Positions 1 to 7,006 of a stretch of DNA of 12,916 nt are shown piece after piece. The DNA is from Candidatus Fraserbacteria bacterium. GTDB taxonomy: Bacteria; Bipolaricaulota; Bipolaricaulia; RBG-16-55-9; JANLFV01. Numbering within the stretch: the stretch's first letter is position 1; every line of letters begins with the position of its first letter. The position numbers were made by a program, and so were the translations under genes. The DNA is taken from assembly GCA_037446135.1 (NCBI GenBank), contig JBBIJD010000048.1:1-12916 (forward strand), read 5' to 3'. A model generated the notes under the pieces. It was not told where the DNA came from and searched no databases. It saw only the letters and a list, made by a program, of their open reading frames with translations.

Positions 1-2673
1 GACCCCCAGGGCCGGACCATCGCCGGGAAGGAGTTAGTCGAATATTATAACGACTCCCAGGCCCAGCTCGACTCGCTCTACTTCCTCCTCCTCCCGAACT
101 TCGCCCGGGAGAGGAATCCCTACCTCGATAGCTCCTATATCGATGAGCAATATTGGGACGGCTTCGACCCCGCCCACCTGAAGATCGAAGAGGTGACCGC
201 CCCGACGGGGGAGCGGCTGGAGTATGAGCTCCTGGAGTCCCCGCCGGAACTACAAACTTACTCCCTAAAGGAGACGATCCTCCGGGTCCGGCTCAGTGAG
301 CCGCTTTTGCCGGGCCAGACCGCGAGCGTCAAACTCGCCTTCCTCACGAAGTTCCCCGCGATGACCGTCGGGGACCAGTGCCACCACCGTGAGATCTTCA
401 CCTGGCGGTTCGGGTGGAACCCGATCGCTATCCCCGCGAAGAGCTTAAGCGAGGGCTTCCCCCAGCCCCCAGCGGGGGGTTATTTCAAGTTCGCGCTCCC
501 CTCGGCCTGGTATGAGGCGGAATTGACCCTCCCGAAGGATTATGTCCTCGCCTCCGGGGCGGAAGAGCAGGAACTGCTCAAGGAGGAAGGGGACCAGCGG
601 ACCTTCCGCTTGAGCAATAGTCGCCCAGTCCGCTCGATCCCATTCAGCACTGGACCGGCGTTCAAGAGCTATGCCCTCGAACATCGGGGGACCATGATCG
701 AGGTCTACTACCTCCCGGATCACGAGGCCCCGGCCAGGCTATTTGCCACCTACGCCGCGGAGATCCTCAGCTACTACGGAGAGCGGTATGGCCCTTATGG
801 CCGGAGGCGGCTGGTGATCGTCGAATCCTCCGCGAGGGGGTTCTTCGGGATGGGGGCCGACGGGCTGATCATCCTGGGTGATTCCTGGTTTAGGGAGAAG
901 GACCTGGGCGTCAGGGGGCTGCTCGACCGGTTCACCGAGTATGTCCTGGCCCACGAGCTGGCCCACATGTGGTTCGGGATCGGGGTAGGAGTGGACTTCA
1001 ATGCCGAAAACTTCCTCAGTGAGGGCTTGGCCCAATACCTCGCGATCACCTACTACGAGGAGAAGTATGGGGCCTTCGGGCCCAATCTCTTCATCTTCAA
1101 GCAGAAGGGGCTCCTCCAGAGCTTGATCGACTATTATCTTGGGTTCTACAACCTCCGGCAGCATAATGTCGAGCTCCCTTATCTCGAGGTCTTCAAGGAT
1201 CGGTTCGACGAGGCGATCATCAAGCCGGTGAAAGAAGTCAAGTTCGGGAATTACTCGACTGTCCGGCTCTATGACAAGGGCTACCTCGTCCTGCGGGCCC
1301 TGGCGGGCGAGCTGGGGCAGGAGAAGATGGAGGAACTCATCCGACGGGCCTACCAGGAGTTCGATCGACAGGTCCTCGCCGTCCCCGACCTTTTGCGCCT
1401 GGCGGAGGAGGTCTCCGGCCTGGACTTGGAGGGCTTCTTCCATGACTGGCTCTATAGCGCGGAGTTCATCGATTACGGGATCGAGCGGGTCGAACGGCGC
1501 GAGCGGGATGGGACCTATCTCACGAGGATCGAGCTGGTCCGCCGCGGGGGCGCGGCCCTCCCGGTCGAGGTCCTGGCCCTGACCGAGGGAGGGGAGAAGC
1601 TCCAGCAGACCTGGGAGGCCACCGAGCCTAAAGGGGTCCTCGAGTTCGAGAGCTCAAGCCCGGTAAAGGAGGTCCAAGTCGACCCTCAAGAGCTGACCCC
1701 CGATGTCAATCGGCTCGATAACTTCTATCCGATGAGGTTCAGGGTGATCACCACCGGGAAGAACGACCTCCCGCTCGATGCCTACCTCCTGCGGTTCGAT
1801 CCCGCGAGCCAGACGGTCGAAGGGGGAACACTCTGGCACCGCTGGCTCCTCGGCCAGGGGGTCGGGGCCTTCGCCGTCTACCTCGGGCGGGGCGCGCTCG
1901 TCCGAGGGTATCTCGACCTCCGCCCGCTCGATGACTTCGGGACGATCACCGGTGAGATCGAACTCGAGCTCACCGGCTTCTCCAACCCCCAAGTCGGCTC
2001 ACCGGCCAAGTATTGGGAGCCGACGGACCTTTGGCGGCTCGCCACCGGGCGGACGATCGACCAGGAGACCGGTGCGGGGATAAATTACCTCGGGCTCGGC
2101 TGGACCAAGAGCGAGTCCATCCGCGAGCTCTCCAGCCTCTCATTGGAGGCCCTCGGCTACCCCTTCTCCTTCGGGCGATTGAGCCTCACAAGCTGGCGGA
2201 GGTTCCGCCTGACACCCCACCTCTACCTCGATGAGGAAGCCACGCTCGGGCTGGGCTCTAACCTCGCCCAGCCCTTCCGGTTCGACCTGGAGGAGCTCAA
2301 GAGCTTCTACCGGAAGGAAGGAGAGGAGTGGGTCAAGGCGAGCTTCCCCGGGAATGTGAAGCTGGCCGGCCAGCTCGCGCTGAGCTCCCCCGTCAAGCGG
2401 GAGATGGATTACGACCTGGCGGGCCTGGCGGTGATCGATGAGCTGCAGGCGAGGCTCTTCCTCACCTTCGGGGGGACCTGGGAAGGACTGGCGAATCTCG
2501 ATCTCTCCGGGCTGAAGCTGGAGGTGGGGACCGAAGAGGTCCTCAGTGGCCGGACCTTAGGAGGCCTCTTCCCCACCAGCTTCACCCTCGGCTACGCCTA
2601 TCCCCTCCTCGGCGCCCCGGCTGAGGAGCGCCGCGGGAGATTCTACCTCGAGTTCGAGTTCCCACTCTTGTAA
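1..2673 (+). CDS. M1-family (gluzincin) zinc metallopeptidase with C-terminal predicted beta-barrel-like domain; 5'-truncated
   Basis: Frame +1 is open from base 1 (DPQGRTIAGKELVEYYNDSQAQLDSLYFLLLPN, typical of an M1 N-terminal domain), so the GTG at 193 is internal. HEXXH = HELAH (952-966), third ligand Glu in FLSEGLAQY (1021-1023), catalytic-Tyr motif LYDKG, FFHDWLY, and domain-end motif VDPQELTPDVNRLDN. Stop TAA at 2671-2673. Confidence 0.9.
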   Translation, partial: DPQGRTIAGKELVEYYNDSQAQLDSLYFLLLPNFARERNPYLDSSYIDEQYWDGFDPAHLKIEEVTAPTGERLEYELLESPPELQTYSLKETILRVRLSEPLLPGQTASVKLAFLTKFPAMTVGDQCHHREIFTWRFGWNPIAIPAKSLSEGFPQPPAGGYFKFALPSAWYEAELTLPKDYVLASGAEEQELLKEEGDQRTFRLSNSRPVRSIPFSTGPAFKSYALEHRGTMIEVYYLPDHEAPARLFATYAAEILSYYGERYGPYGRRRLVIVESSARGFFGMGADGLIILGDSWFREKDLGVRGLLDRFTEYVLAHELAHMWFGIGVGVDFNAENFLSEGLAQYLAITYYEEKYGAFGPNLFIFKQKGLLQSLIDYYLGFYNLRQHNVELPYLEVFKDRFDEAIIKPVKEVKFGNYSTVRLYDKGYLVLRALAGELGQEKMEELIRRAYQEFDRQVLAVPDLLRLAEEVSGLDLEGFFHDWLYSAEFIDYGIERVERRERDGTYLTRIELVRRGGAALPVEVLALTEGGEKLQQTWEATEPKGVLEFESSSPVKEVQVDPQELTPDVNRLDNFYPMRFRVITTGKNDLPLDAYLLRFDPASQTVEGGTLWHRWLLGQGVGAFAVYLGRGALVRGYLDLRPLDDFGTITGEIELELTGFSNPQVGSPAKYWEPTDLWRLATGRTIDQETGAGINYLGLGWTKSESIRELSSLSLEALGYPFSFGRLSLTSWRRFRLTPHLYLDEEATLGLGSNLAQPFRFDLEELKSFYRKEGEEWVKASFPGNVKLAGQLALSSPVKREMDYDLAGLAVIDELQARLFLTFGGTWEGLANLDLSGLKLEVGTEEVLSGRTLGGLFPTSFTLGYAYPLLGAPAEERRGRFYLEFEFPLL

Positions 2674-2713
2674 AACCCCGGCCCGCAGGGTCGCCTTCCC
2701 AGCCTGGCGCGGC

Positions 2714-2742
2714 TTGACGCCCCTTCCTCCAGCGATTATAAT
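2714..2742 (+). promoter_or_regulatory. Sigma70-type promoter of the gntR-ABC-hydrolase-pan operon
   Basis: TTGACG (2714-2719), 17-bp spacer, perfect TATAAT (2737-2742), in an AT-rich patch within otherwise GC-rich DNA. Predicted TSS about 2749. Confidence 0.85.
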
Positions 2743-2743
2743 A

Positions 2744-2757
2744 ATGTCAGTTGATAT
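2744..2757. promoter_or_regulatory. Candidate FadR/GntR operator (imperfect palindrome ATGTCA-GT-TGATAT)
   Basis: Inverted repeat with 5/6 matching arms directly downstream of the -10 box, overlapping the predicted TSS and the regulator's start codon. Resembles the TGT/GT...AC/ACA type of GntR-family box. Confidence 0.45.
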
Positions 2758-3460
2758 GGTATTTCGCGAGGTAGAGGAGCGGAAGAAGAGCGTCCAGGTG
2801 GCGGAGCAGATCCTCGAGGCGATCCGCAAAGGCATTTACAAGGTCGGGGACCGGCTCCCACCGGAGCGGGTGATCGAGGAAGAGACCGGGGTGAGCAAGA
2901 CCTCGGTCCGCGAGGCCCTCAGTGCGTTGCATCTCGCGGGGATCGTCGAGCGGATCCCCGGGAGCGGGACCTATGTCCGGAGCTCGGCCGAGGGACTCGG
3001 CGCTTTAGCCCTCTTGGAGGCGAGCGAGAGCGTGGAGGACGCACTCGAGGCGAGGAGGGTGATCGAGCGGGGGGTCATCGAGCTGGCGATCGAGAACGCC
3101 ACTGAAAAGGATCTTGCCGCGCTTAAGGGTGTCTGGGAGGAGATGCGGGCCCTCCTCGATGGGGAGGACTACCGGGACTTCTTCCAGCTCAACGAGCGGT
3201 TCCACCTGGGGATCGCCGAGGCGACGGGGAGCCCCCTGATCGTCAAGGTCCTCCGCCTCCTCCTGGGGGTCACCCGCCAGAGGGTCTGGCAGCAGACGAT
3301 CACCGAGTATTTCCTGAAGGACAAGGCCAATCTCCGCCGGGCGATCGAGGAGCACCGGTCGATCCTCGAGGCCCTGGCCGCGCGGGATAAGGAGAAGGCG
3401 GCCCGTGCGATGGAGGAGCACTTCATCTCGACGAAGCGGATCCTCCAGGAGGGCAGTTAG
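2756..3460 (+). CDS. GntR-family transcriptional regulator, FadR subfamily (wHTH + FCD domain)
   Basis: GDRLPPERVIEEETGVSKTSVREALSALHLAGIVERIPGSGTYV is a GntR wHTH. FCD features: EARRVIE, NERFHLGIAEATGSP, EEHRSILEAL, AMEEH. Start reassigned to ATG 2756 because the track's TTG 2714 is the -35 box and ATG 2744 lies upstream of the predicted TSS. Confidence 0.93.
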   Translation: MVFREVEERKKSVQVAEQILEAIRKGIYKVGDRLPPERVIEEETGVSKTSVREALSALHLAGIVERIPGSGTYVRSSAEGLGALALLEASESVEDALEARRVIERGVIELAIENATEKDLAALKGVWEEMRALLDGEDYRDFFQLNERFHLGIAEATGSPLIVKVLRLLLGVTRQRVWQQTITEYFLKDKANLRRAIEEHRSILEALAARDKEKAARAMEEHFISTKRILQEGS

Positions 3461-3551
3461 GTTCTAGCACCTATCATCCGAGAGCGAAGGGAGGTGGTCA
3501 AGGGCAAGAGTCGAGATCTTCAGTGAGTTTCAAATGTTCAATGTTCAAGGA

Positions 3552-3560
3552 AAGGAGGAG
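3552..3560 (+). promoter_or_regulatory. Shine-Dalgarno site of the substrate-binding protein gene
   Basis: AAGGAGGAG followed by the AT-rich spacer TTATAA and ATG 3567. Confidence 0.85.
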
Positions 3561-3566
3561 TTATAA

Positions 3567-5099
3567 ATGGGAAGAAGGTGGAGTCTTCTGCCCGTTCTGC
3601 TGCTGGGACTGGTGCTATTGGCCTCGAGCGTCCTGAGTGGCTCTTCCTCGGCCCCCCAGCCCGTCTACGGCGGGGCATTGGTGGTCGCGGAGATGGCTGA
3701 GCCACCGGGGCTGGACCCCACGACCAACGCGGCCGCGGCGATCGACCGGATCCTCCAGCATAACCTCTATGAGGGCTTGGTGAAGATCGACAACCGAGGG
3801 AACATCCTCCCAGGGGTCGCGGAGAGCTGGGAGGTCTCCCCCGACGGGCTGGAATACACCTTCCATCTCCGGAGGGGCGTGAAATTCCATAATGGGCGGG
3901 AGTTGGTAGCTTCTGACATCAAGTTCACTTTTGAGAGGGATATGGACCCGGCGACCGGCCATCCCCACCCCGAATACTATGCCAATATCGCCGCGATCGA
4001 TGTTCTAGACGACTATACCGTCCGATTCAGGATGAAGGCCACCACCCCCGGGTTCTTATATTACCTGACCGAGGGGGACTCGATCATCGTCCCCAAGGAA
4101 GCGGTGGCCACTCTCGCCAGCCAGCCGGTCGGGACCGGGCCGTTCAAGTTCGTGGAGTGGGTCAGAGGCGACCACATCACGCTGGCCAAGTTCGCGGACT
4201 ACTACAAGAAAGAGCTCCCCTACCTCGATAAGGTCACCTTCAAGTTCATCCCCGACCCATCCTCGGCGCTCGCGGCCCTCCAGGCCGGCGATGTCGATGT
4301 GATCATCCTCTCCGGGGAGAATGTCCCGACGGTCGAGGCCGATCCGAATCTGAAGATCGTCTCCGGGCCGCAGAACCTGGTCCAGATCATGGCCATCAAC
4401 AACGCCCGTGAGCCGTTCAGCGATGTGCGAGTCCGGCGAGCCATCTGCCATGCCCTGGATCGGGAGAAGATCATCGAGGGGGCGATGTTCGGCTATGGGA
4501 CCCCGATCGGCTCGCATCTGACCCCCGTGAGCCCCTATTATGCCGACATGCTCTGGGTCTGCGGCTACGACCCGGCGAAGGCCAAGGAACTCCTGGCCGA
4601 GGCCGGCTACCCCAACGGCTTCAAGGCGAAGATGAAGCTCCCCCAGCCTTATGAGCCCCATATCCGGACTGGAGAGATCATCGCTGATCAGCTCAAGGAG
4701 GTCGGAATCGAGCTCGAGCTGGAGATCATCGAGTGGGGGAGGTGGCTCTCCGAGGTCTACACCAACGCCGACTACGACCTCACGGTGATCGGGCATGTCG
4801 GGCGACTCGATCCCGCGGCGATGCTCTCCGGCTATGGCCCGGCCAGGCCGGATTACTACTACCGCCGAGGCTACAGCAATCCCGACCTGGACGAGCTCAT
4901 GGTCAAGGGCGAGACCACGGTGGATGAGGCCCAGCGGAAGGTGATCTACACCATCGTCCAGTGGATCCTGGCCAAGGATGTCGTCAACTACTTCATCCAG
5001 GACCCCCACCTGATCATGGCGATGAAGAAGGAAGTGGAGAATTGGCGGATCTTCCCCATCTATCTCGACGATGTGACCGAGGTGTATAAGAGCCGGTAG
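3567..5099 (+). CDS. ABC transporter substrate-binding protein, family 5 (DppA/OppA/NikA-like)
   Basis: 510 aa. Signal peptide MGRRWSLLPVLLLGLVLLASSVLSG with no lipobox Cys. Motifs YGGALVV, LDP, LYEGLV, AESWEVSPDGLEYTFHLRRGVKFHNG, PVGTGPFKFVEW, PFSDVRVRRAI, YDPAKAKELLAEAGYPNG. Confidence 0.96.
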   Translation: MGRRWSLLPVLLLGLVLLASSVLSGSSSAPQPVYGGALVVAEMAEPPGLDPTTNAAAAIDRILQHNLYEGLVKIDNRGNILPGVAESWEVSPDGLEYTFHLRRGVKFHNGRELVASDIKFTFERDMDPATGHPHPEYYANIAAIDVLDDYTVRFRMKATTPGFLYYLTEGDSIIVPKEAVATLASQPVGTGPFKFVEWVRGDHITLAKFADYYKKELPYLDKVTFKFIPDPSSALAALQAGDVDVIILSGENVPTVEADPNLKIVSGPQNLVQIMAINNAREPFSDVRVRRAICHALDREKIIEGAMFGYGTPIGSHLTPVSPYYADMLWVCGYDPAKAKELLAEAGYPNGFKAKMKLPQPYEPHIRTGEIIADQLKEVGIELELEIIEWGRWLSEVYTNADYDLTVIGHVGRLDPAAMLSGYGPARPDYYYRRGYSNPDLDELMVKGETTVDEAQRKVIYTIVQWILAKDVVNYFIQDPHLIMAMKKEVENWRIFPIYLDDVTEVYKSR

Positions 5100-5145
5100 A
5101 TGCTCCCTGGCAGGACCGATATAGCTTGATCTTGATGGAAGAGGC

Positions 5146-5200
5146 GGTGGGGTGACCGGCCCGGTGGGCAGGCGGGCGGACCGCAGCCGGTCGCCCCGCC
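5146..5200 (+). other. Intergenic RNA stem-loop after the SBP gene (probable mRNA-stabilising or partial attenuation element)
   Basis: GGTGGGGTGACCGGC (5146-5160) pairs with GCCGGTCGCCCCGCC (5186-5200): 15 bp with two U-G wobbles, plus an inner CGGT/ACCG helix. No U-tract follows. Confidence 0.75.
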
Positions 5201-5214
5201 ACTGACTGGATGAG

Positions 5215-6159
5215 ATGCAAGCTTATGTGCTGAGGCGCTTGGGTGTCCTGGTCGTAACCCTCCTCCTCATCTCGATCATTATCTTCCTGGTCATGCGCGT
5301 CATCCCCGGCGACCCGGCCCAGATCATCCTCGGGACCGAGGCCAATCCGGAGATACTGGCCCAGGTGAGGGAGAAGCTCGGGCTGGACCGCCCCTTATTG
5401 GTCCAATACCTCGACTGGCTGAGGGGGATCTTCACCGGTGATCTGGGCTGGTCCTTCCATTACGATCTGCCGGTCGCGAGCCTCATCGCCAGCCGCTTGA
5501 AGGTCACCGGCCCATTGGCGGCCTTAGCCCTCTTCTTCACGATCATCATCGCCATCCCCTTGGGGATCTATGCCGCCACTCATCACAACCGCTTGGGAGA
5601 CTACGGGATCATGATCTTCTCCCAGTTGGGGATCTCGATCCCCGAGTTCTGGCTCGGGATCTTGCTCATCCTCCTCTTGGCCGTCTATGCCCATTGGTTC
5701 CCCGCCGGGGGGTTCACCGACTGGGGGGAGGGCCCGCTTTTGGCCCTCAGGTCCCTCTTGCTCCCGGCCCTGGCCTTAGGGGTCGTCCGCGCGGCGGTCA
5801 TCACCCGGATGACGCGCTCTTCGCTCCTGGAGGTCTTAGGGGAGGAGTATGTCCGGACGGCCCGGGGGAAGGGGCTGGCGGAGCGGGTCGTGATCTACAA
5901 GCATGCGCTCCGGAACTCCCTCATCTCCGTGGTGACCGTCCTGGCGCTCCAGCTCGGCGGCCTTTTGGCCGGGACGATCATCATCGAGAGCGTCTTCTAC
6001 CTCCCGGGGATGGGAAGGCTCGTGATCTTAGCGATCTCCCAACGCGACCTACCCGTGGTCCAGGGGATCGTCCTCTTCATCGCCGCCGTGATCATCCTCA
6101 TCAACTTCCTCGTCGATCTCCTCTATGGCCTCCTCGATCCGCGGATCAGATATGACTAG
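5215..6159 (+). CDS. ABC transporter permease, DppB/OppB-like
   Basis: YVLRRL, PGDPA, LGLDRPLLVQYLDWL, GDLGWS, EAA-loop EYVRTARGKGL, KHALRN, IIIESVFYLPGMG, RDLPVVQG, LDPRI. Confidence 0.96.
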   Translation: MQAYVLRRLGVLVVTLLLISIIIFLVMRVIPGDPAQIILGTEANPEILAQVREKLGLDRPLLVQYLDWLRGIFTGDLGWSFHYDLPVASLIASRLKVTGPLAALALFFTIIIAIPLGIYAATHHNRLGDYGIMIFSQLGISIPEFWLGILLILLLAVYAHWFPAGGFTDWGEGPLLALRSLLLPALALGVVRAAVITRMTRSSLLEVLGEEYVRTARGKGLAERVVIYKHALRNSLISVVTVLALQLGGLLAGTIIIESVFYLPGMGRLVILAISQRDLPVVQGIVLFIAAVIILINFLVDLLYGLLDPRIRYD

Positions 6160-6988
6160 GAGATCTCGTTACCTCGCCAGCCGGAACTTCATGATCGGGC
6201 TCGGACTCGGCGGGCTCGTCCTTTTGATGGCCGCCATCAGCCTCTTTTATACCCCTTACGATCCGAACAAGATGGAGATTTCCTCAAGGCTCCAGGGGCC
6301 TGGGCCGGCCCACTGGTTCGGGACCGACCAATACGGGAGGGACATCTTCAGCCGAGTGATGAAGGGGGCCGTCAATTCGCTCGCCGTCGGGCTGATCGCG
6401 GTCGGGATCGGGATGGGCCTAGGGGTCTTCCTCGGGGTCCTTTCCGGCTGGTATGGGGCCTGGCTCGATGAGATGATCATGCGGTTCATGGACGCGATCT
6501 ACGGCTTCCCCGCGGTCTTGCTCGCCATCTTGATCACCTCCGTTTTGGGGCCGGGGATCAAGAACAGCATGATCGCGATCGGGCTCTCCTACACCCCTCT
6601 CTTCGCCCGCTTGAGCCGGGGGAACTTCCTCTCCCTCAAGGAGCGGGAGTTCGCCCTCGCGGCCAAGGCGGTGGGGAGGAGCGGACTGGCGATCGCCTGG
6701 CGGCATATCTTGCCCAACACCTTCCCGATCCTCATCATCCAGGGGACCGTCGGGTTTGCCCTGGCCATCCTGGCCGAGGCGGGGCTGAGCTACTTGGGAT
6801 TAGGGACCCAACCTCCGGACCCGAGCTGGGGGAGGATGCTGAAGGAGGCCCAGACCTTCATGAACCTCTCTCCCTGGCCGGCGGTCTTCCCCGGCTTGGC
6901 GATCATGATCGCGGTCTTGGGGTTCAACCTCCTCGGGGACGGCCTGCGGGACATCTTAGACCCGAGGATCAAGTTCATCAAGAGCTGA
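6152..6988 (+). CDS. ABC transporter permease, DppC/OppC-like
   Basis: HWFGTDQYGRDIFSRV, EFALAAKAVG, RHILPN, EAGLSYLGLG, PSWGRML, FNLLGDGLRDILDPR. Start probably ATG 6152, overlapping the upstream permease by 8 nt; ATG 6125 is an alternative. Confidence 0.95.
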   Translation: MTRRSRYLASRNFMIGLGLGGLVLLMAAISLFYTPYDPNKMEISSRLQGPGPAHWFGTDQYGRDIFSRVMKGAVNSLAVGLIAVGIGMGLGVFLGVLSGWYGAWLDEMIMRFMDAIYGFPAVLLAILITSVLGPGIKNSMIAIGLSYTPLFARLSRGNFLSLKEREFALAAKAVGRSGLAIAWRHILPNTFPILIIQGTVGFALAILAEAGLSYLGLGTQPPDPSWGRMLKEAQTFMNLSPWPAVFPGLAIMIAVLGFNLLGDGLRDILDPRIKFIKS

Positions 6989-7006
6989 AGGCGGAAAGGA
7001 GTCGAG

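Noticed and set aside
193..195. GTG 193 as the start of the M1 peptidase
   Set aside because: The frame is open and M1-like from base 1, so the true start lies upstream of the window.
2674..2713. Terminator after the M1 gene (GGCCC-GCA-GGGTC)
   Set aside because: Only a 5-bp stem with a 3-nt loop and no U-tract.
2714..2755. N-terminal extension MTPLPPAIIIMSVD of the GntR ORF
   Set aside because: The TTG is the -35 hexamer and the 'III' codons are the TATAAT box; this is promoter sequence, not coding.
3523..3636. 37-codon Cys/Trp-rich ORF (…FCPFCCWDWCYW…) overlapping the SBP start
   Set aside because: The Cys/Trp codons come from reading the Leu-rich CTG signal-peptide codons in a shifted frame, and there is no properly spaced SD.
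3567..3650. SBP as a lipoprotein
   Set aside because: No cysteine or lipobox follows the hydrophobic stretch; it looks like an SPase I signal or a membrane anchor.
5146..5210. Hairpin as a rho-independent terminator or riboswitch
   Set aside because: No U-tract, the downstream permease has no evident promoter of its own, and I recognise no aptamer consensus.
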